Positions 59,919 through 64,000 of a stretch of DNA of 64,000 nt are shown here, piece after piece. The DNA is from an uncultured Clostridia bacterium. GTDB lineage: Bacteria > Bacillota > Clostridia > Christensenellales > CAG-138. Position 1 is the stretch's first letter. Every line of letters starts with the position of its first letter. The notes beneath the pieces are model-generated. The model saw only the letters and a program-made list of their open reading frames with translations. It did not search any database and was not told where the DNA came from. The stretch is from assembly GCA_944336475.1 (NCBI GenBank), contig CALVLD010000008.1:799-64798 (forward strand), read 5' to 3'. A program made the translations under genes and the position numbers.

Positions 59919-61997
59919 TTGAAAAGATTTCGCACAGTCTTGATATATATTGTGATCGCAGGCATGCTTATCGCCCTAATAGCGGGTGGGCAGAGCCTGT
60001 TCCGTTCAAAACCTGTTGAGTATAAGCTCTATGAGTTCACAGAGCTCGTCAAGGAGGGGCTTATCGCTGCGGTCGAGGAGAGCGATCCGCCCGAGGAGGG
60101 TCAGCCTGTGGTCGTTCCGCAGAACAAGTACATATACGCAGTGCAGCTCACCGGCGAAGAGCTCTACGGCATATTTACCGATGACTTTGCCGACAGCGAT
60201 AAGGGCAAGGAGCTGGGTCTCGTGCCCCTCGGCGATGAGGATGCTTTCAGCAGGAAAGCGGAGGACTTTTACAACGGCAAGAATTATGACTTTGTAGTGA
60301 CTGTGACTTCCAGTGAGGAGTTCCGTGATGAGATGACGAAGATCGTCAGCTCTGTGATGGGCATCGACGCCGACAAGGTCACTGTGAATGACTACAGCTT
60401 CTTATACCACCATAACCCAACGCCCCAGACGTCATGGTTCTGGGCCATATTTCCCAACCTGCTGCTCATCGCTGCACTTGTGTTAATATATGCAATGATC
60501 ATAAAGTCGCAGAATGGCAAACAGGCGATGAACTTTGGAAGAAGCAATGCAAGAACCGGGGTCGATACCAAGAACAAAAAGACATTCGATGATGTGCAGG
60601 GCGCCGAGGAAGAGAAGCAGGAGCTTCAGGAGGTCGTGGACTTCCTTAAAAATCCGCAGCGCTTCGCTGCAATGGGCGCTCGCATACCCAAGGGCGTGCT
60701 GCTCGTTGGGCCTCCGGGCACGGGTAAAACGCTGCTTGCAAAGGCTGCGGCAGGCGAGGCGGACGTCCCGTTCTTCTCCATAAGCGGTTCGGACTTTGTC
60801 GAGCTGTATGTCGGCGTCGGTGCAAGCCGAGTCAGGGATCTGTTCCAGACAGCAAAGCGCAGTGCACCTGCAATAGTGTTTATCGACGAGATAGATGCGG
60901 TCGGCAGGCAGCGTGGCGCCGGTCTCGGCGGCGGCCATGACGAGCGTGAACAGACGCTAAATCAGCTTCTTGTCGAGATGGACGGCTTCAGCGAAAACTC
61001 GGGCATAATCGTAATCGCTGCGACCAACCGCCCGGATATACTCGATCCCGCGCTGCTGCGTCCCGGCAGATTTGACAGGCAGGTGACGGTAAACTATCCT
61101 GATATCAAGGGGCGTGAGGCGATACTGCGTGTCCACGCAAAGAACAAGCCCCTGGATAATGATGTTGACCTGGAAACTCTGGCAAAGCTGACGCCCGGCT
61201 TCACTGGTGCTGATCTGGAGAATGTGCTCAACGAGGCGGCAATACTCGCAGCAAGGGCAAGGTTGAAAAAGATCGGTATGCCTCAGGTCGAGGAGGCGAT
61301 AAAGCGTGTGATAGCCGGCCCCGAAAAGAAGAGCAGGCTCGTCAGTGATGAGGATAAGCGCATCACCGCTAACCATGAGGTCGGCCATGCCATAGTCGCC
61401 CACTGCATGAAGTACAGTGATGCCGTGCATGAGCTCTCCATAATCCAGCGTGGTCGTGCGGCGGGATATACGATCACACTGCCAGAGGATGACATGGCGC
61501 ACATGACCCGCAACAAGCTGTATGACAGCATTGCCATGCTGCTGGGCGGCCGGGTGGCAGAGAGCCTCAGGCTTGAAGATATCAGCACAGGCGCCGAGAA
61601 CGACCTCAAGCGTGCGAGCGAGACCGCACGCCGCATGGTGGTGGAGTTCGGCATGTCCGACAAGATAGGCCCCGTATACCTTGCAGGTGAGACGGAGGTG
61701 TTCATCGCAAAGGAGTGGGGGCATCAGCGCAACTATTCCGAGCAGCTTGCCGCAACTATAGACGCCGAGGTGCGCCGCATACTGGAGGAGCAGTATGCCA
61801 GGGCTGAGCGTGCGATAAGGGAAAATGCGGAGGCGTTTGACCGTGTTGTAGAAGCCCTGATGGAGAACGAGCACATATCCGGCACGGAGTTTGTCCGTCT
61901 GTTCGATGGTGTTGGGGATTGGCAAGATGAGAAGGCGGCTCCGGCACCGGATGGCGAAGCGACTGAGGGGACAAAGGAGCCTGCTGCGGCTGACTAA
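59919..61997 (+). CDS. ftsH: ATP-dependent zinc metalloprotease FtsH
   Basis: [28 protein letters not shown] and the HExxH motif [11 protein letters not shown] start after AGGAGG. Confidence 0.95.
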   Translation: MKRFRTVLIYIVIAGMLIALIAGGQSLFRSKPVEYKLYEFTELVKEGLIAAVEESDPPEEGQPVVVPQNKYIYAVQLTGEELYGIFTDDFADSDKGKELGLVPLGDEDAFSRKAEDFYNGKNYDFVVTVTSSEEFRDEMTKIVSSVMGIDADKVTVNDYSFLYHHNPTPQTSWFWAIFPNLLLIAALVLIYAMIIKSQNGKQAMNFGRSNARTGVDTKNKKTFDDVQGAEEEKQELQEVVDFLKNPQRFAAMGARIPKGVLLVGPPGTGKTLLAKAAAGEADVPFFSISGSDFVELYVGVGASRVRDLFQTAKRSAPAIVFIDEIDAVGRQRGAGLGGGHDEREQTLNQLLVEMDGFSENSGIIVIAATNRPDILDPALLRPGRFDRQVTVNYPDIKGREAILRVHAKNKPLDNDVDLETLAKLTPGFTGADLENVLNEAAILAARARLKKIGMPQVEEAIKRVIAGPEKKSRLVSDEDKRITANHEVGHAIVAHCMKYSDAVHELSIIQRGRAAGYTITLPEDDMAHMTRNKLYDSIAMLLGGRVAESLRLEDISTGAENDLKRASETARRMVVEFGMSDKIGPVYLAGETEVFIAKEWGHQRNYSEQLAATIDAEVRRILEEQYARAERAIRENAEAFDRVVEALMENEHISGTEFVRLFDGVGDWQDEKAAPAPDGEATEGTKEPAAAD

Positions 61998-62014
61998 ACA
62001 GCCGGGCACAAGAT

Positions 62015-62845
62015 ATGTATGATCTGCACACACATTCAAACTATTCCGACGGAAGTCTGTCGCCGCAGGAACTCATAGGGGAGGCTCACGCAAGGGGGCT
62101 CTCCCTCTTTGCTATTACGGATCATAACACTGTCAGTGGGCAAACAGAGGCGGCGGAATATGCAAAAAGCATTGGGCAACCGTATATCTGCGGCGTGGAA
62201 ATGGAGGCGGATCATGAGGAGGAGCTTCACCTGTTGGGACTTGGAGTGAATCCCAATGCAAAATCATTGACGGGGCTGTTCGATGGCATGCGCAGGGCGA
62301 GAGACGAGCGCAATACCCGTCTTTCAGAGCTTTTGAAGAAAAACGGAATGGATGTCTCAGATGCCCTTCAAGGCGGGCTTGACTGCACCAATCGTGCGCA
62401 TTATGCTATGGCCCTCGTCCGCATGGGCTACGCCTCGTCGGTGAACGATGCATTCATGCGGCTTCTGGGCAGGGGGGCACCGTACTATGTCGAATCGGCC
62501 AAATACCCGTCGATCGAGGAAACCATGCAGGCCATACAGGATGCCGGCGGCGTGGCGGTGTTTGCACATCCCATGAATATGCATAACGGGGTGGAGGAGC
62601 TTACGGACAGGCTTTGCGCCCTTGGGCTCTGGGGGATCGAGGTCTACTACAGGCACTCAACAGCGGAGCAGATAGACCGGTTTGCCGCACTTGCAGTGAA
62701 GCATGGCCTGTTCATGACCTGCGGCAGCGACTTCCATGGCGAGGCTCGTCCCGAGGTACATATTGCCTGCTCGTGGAGGGATGAAAAGTGTCTGTGCGAG
62801 ACAGAGACCAAACTGAAGAATATGTTCAATATATCAACAAAATAG
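62015..62845 (+). CDS. PHP-domain phosphoesterase (TrpH/YciV-like)
   Basis: MYDLHTHSNYSDGSLSPQELI ... ITDHNTVSG ... AHP. Confidence 0.8.
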   Translation: MYDLHTHSNYSDGSLSPQELIGEAHARGLSLFAITDHNTVSGQTEAAEYAKSIGQPYICGVEMEADHEEELHLLGLGVNPNAKSLTGLFDGMRRARDERNTRLSELLKKNGMDVSDALQGGLDCTNRAHYAMALVRMGYASSVNDAFMRLLGRGAPYYVESAKYPSIEETMQAIQDAGGVAVFAHPMNMHNGVEELTDRLCALGLWGIEVYYRHSTAEQIDRFAALAVKHGLFMTCGSDFHGEARPEVHIACSWRDEKCLCETETKLKNMFNISTK

Positions 62846-62888
62846 ACGCAATAGTGCAAAATATACTTTTAACCTGCGTCGACAGATA

Positions 62889-62917
62889 TAGACAATATAT
62901 TCAAAATGTGTTATCAT
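62889..62917 (+). promoter_or_regulatory. Promoter TAGACA, 17-nt spacer, TATCAT (TGT-extended)
   Basis: TAGACA 62889-62894 and TATCAT 62912-62917. Confidence 0.4.
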
Positions 62918-62950
62918 CAGCCGTAGACCAACTGCATGTGGGGGAATACT

Positions 62951-63025
62951 ATGGCTGATAGGAAGAAGCTTTGCACTGCATCCGTAGGCGCCGCCGTATG
63001 TCCTTCGGCCTGTTCAAACGGATAA
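62951..63025 (+). CDS. 24-codon ORF MADRKKLCTASVGAAVCPSACSNG in the leader of the protease gene (candidate leader peptide)
   Basis: ATG at 62951 with GGGGGA 5 nt upstream. The stop TAA 63023-63025 lies inside the 5' arm of the downstream hairpin. Below the ORF-track cut-off. Confidence 0.3.
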   Translation: MADRKKLCTASVGAAVCPSACSNG

Positions 63026-63068
63026 GATCACCTGCTTAGGCATCCGTGCCTTTGCGGGTCTTATTTTT
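63022..63068 (+). terminator. Terminator-like hairpin + U-tract immediately upstream of the protease RBS
   Basis: ATAAGA(TC)... pairs with ...(GG)TCTTAT for about 9 bp with a bulge. It encloses an inner hairpin GGCA-TCCG-TGCC and is followed by TTTTT. The RBS AAGGGAGG follows at 63075-63082. Confidence 0.45.
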
Positions 63069-63089
63069 ATCAGTAAGGGAGGAAATATA

Positions 63090-64000
63090 ATGAAAAAGCT
63101 TAAAAGCATCATCTGCCTGCTGCTGACGGCAGTGCTCGCTGCAACGGCTTTTCCGGCATATGCCGGCATCAGCGACACAGTGGGCGGCGGCGAAAAGCTT
63201 CTCAACAACGGCGTGGTCATCGATACCGATGCGGCCGGCGGCTACGCCGGCGACTATGTCGTCATCTACAATCCGGAGGTATCCACATCCTGGTGGGGAG
63301 GCGGTACGTCAAACGGAGTATCTACCGGCTCTCTTGAAGGTCTTATCGAGACAACGATCGAGGCTGATGCTCAGCCCGTCCGCGATACATCCGAGTGGAT
63401 CGTGGATGAGGATCGCCCCTACAGGATCGATGTCGACTCACAGTTCGGTTATGAGGATATCAACTCTCTGACCGATAACGAAACCAAGGCATCATACCCC
63501 GTCGGCACAACAAAGAATTTTACCATCTCCAACTACAGCCCCGGCGGTTCGAGCATACAGTTCCAAGTGCTCTATGTGGGCGATCATTGCCGCATCTGGA
63601 CGGTAACGAACTCAAGCTATTATCCCCTTGACGCGATAGACTCAAGCTACGCTCAGACCGTTGCCGAAATGTTCGATGCCAAGTATGACCTTATGAATGT
63701 TTCATACGGCGACTTCCGTGATTCGAACAGCGACGGCAAGGTCAACCTGATGTTCTATAACATCGATGACGGTTGGGAGCCCGGTCAGGGCTATGTAGCA
63801 GGCTATTTCTGGAGCGGCGACTTCAGCTATAACAGTCTGCCCATGATACACATTGACACATACCCCGGCATCCAGTGGGAGACCACCTCGGGTGAGACCA
63901 AGGTCGACCTCGAGAGCTGCTACGGCACCATAGTGCACGAGTTCCAGCACCTCATAAACTATTCTGAAACGGGCGGCATGGACACATGGCTGAACGAGAG
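63090..64000 (+). CDS. Secreted HExxH zinc metallopeptidase, 3'-truncated by the window
   Basis: Signal peptide MKKLKSIICLLLTAVLAATAFPAYA, with TIVHEFQHLINY near the window end. Family not assigned; possibly M30-like by recollection only. Not in the ORF track because no stop is reached. Confidence 0.7.
   Translation, partial: MKKLKSIICLLLTAVLAATAFPAYAGISDTVGGGEKLLNNGVVIDTDAAGGYAGDYVVIYNPEVSTSWWGGGTSNGVSTGSLEGLIETTIEADAQPVRDTSEWIVDEDRPYRIDVDSQFGYEDINSLTDNETKASYPVGTTKNFTISNYSPGGSSIQFQVLYVGDHCRIWTVTNSSYYPLDAIDSSYAQTVAEMFDAKYDLMNVSYGDFRDSNSDGKVNLMFYNIDDGWEPGQGYVAGYFWSGDFSYNSLPMIHIDTYPGIQWETTSGETKVDLESCYGTIVHEFQHLINYSETGGMDTWLNE

Overview
This 64-kb window is chromosomal DNA from a high-GC Firmicutes/Clostridia-type organism. 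The Oscillospiraceae/Ruminococcaceae-like assignment is an inference from gene content and order, not a database result.

Layout:
- **1 to ~6.7 kb:** a visibly lower-GC island. It holds a 5'-truncated large serine recombinase, a TnpV-like gene, a 28-codon Cys-containing ORF plus hairpin upstream of a frameshifted ABC exporter, a small SPASM-like Cys-rich ORF, ~600 bp of debris, a GNAT acetyltransferase and a His-tailed DMT transporter.
- **7 to 43 kb:** core genes. These are nhaC-like, a triple-repeat lipoprotein, a C-N hydrolase, tilS-hpt-galE-LCP-lipid kinase, a ~0.75-kb intergenic repeat field, a two-component system, a LOG operon, a HEAT-THUMP methyltransferase, murG, a COG2607-like ATPase, lgt, dnaA (no dnaN next to it), TetR, an ABC exporter with a CpsB-type phosphatase, glgBCDA, a class-V aminotransferase, tRNA-Arg(CCU), and a five-gene translationally coupled FecBCD-type importer/methyltransferase/XdhC operon.
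- **43.7 to 59.7 kb:** a complete S10-spc-alpha ribosomal protein cluster (rpsJ to rplQ, including secY, adk, map, a KOW protein, infA, rpmJ, rpoA).
- **After 59.7 kb:** ftsH, a PHP phosphoesterase and a 3'-truncated secreted HExxH metallopeptidase.

No rRNA gene or CRISPR array was seen.

Most interesting observations:
- two small-ORF-plus-terminator leaders, upstream of the island ABC exporter and upstream of the secreted protease;
- two unusually long, hairpin-rich spacers inside the ribosomal cluster, before rpsJ and between rpmJ and rpsM;
- the repeat field at 16.2-16.9 kb;
- the importer-methyltransferase-XdhC operon;
- a strong ATA-isoleucine codon habit in core genes that is absent from the island.

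Every call rests on reading the sequence and the ORF track. No searches or computations were run.
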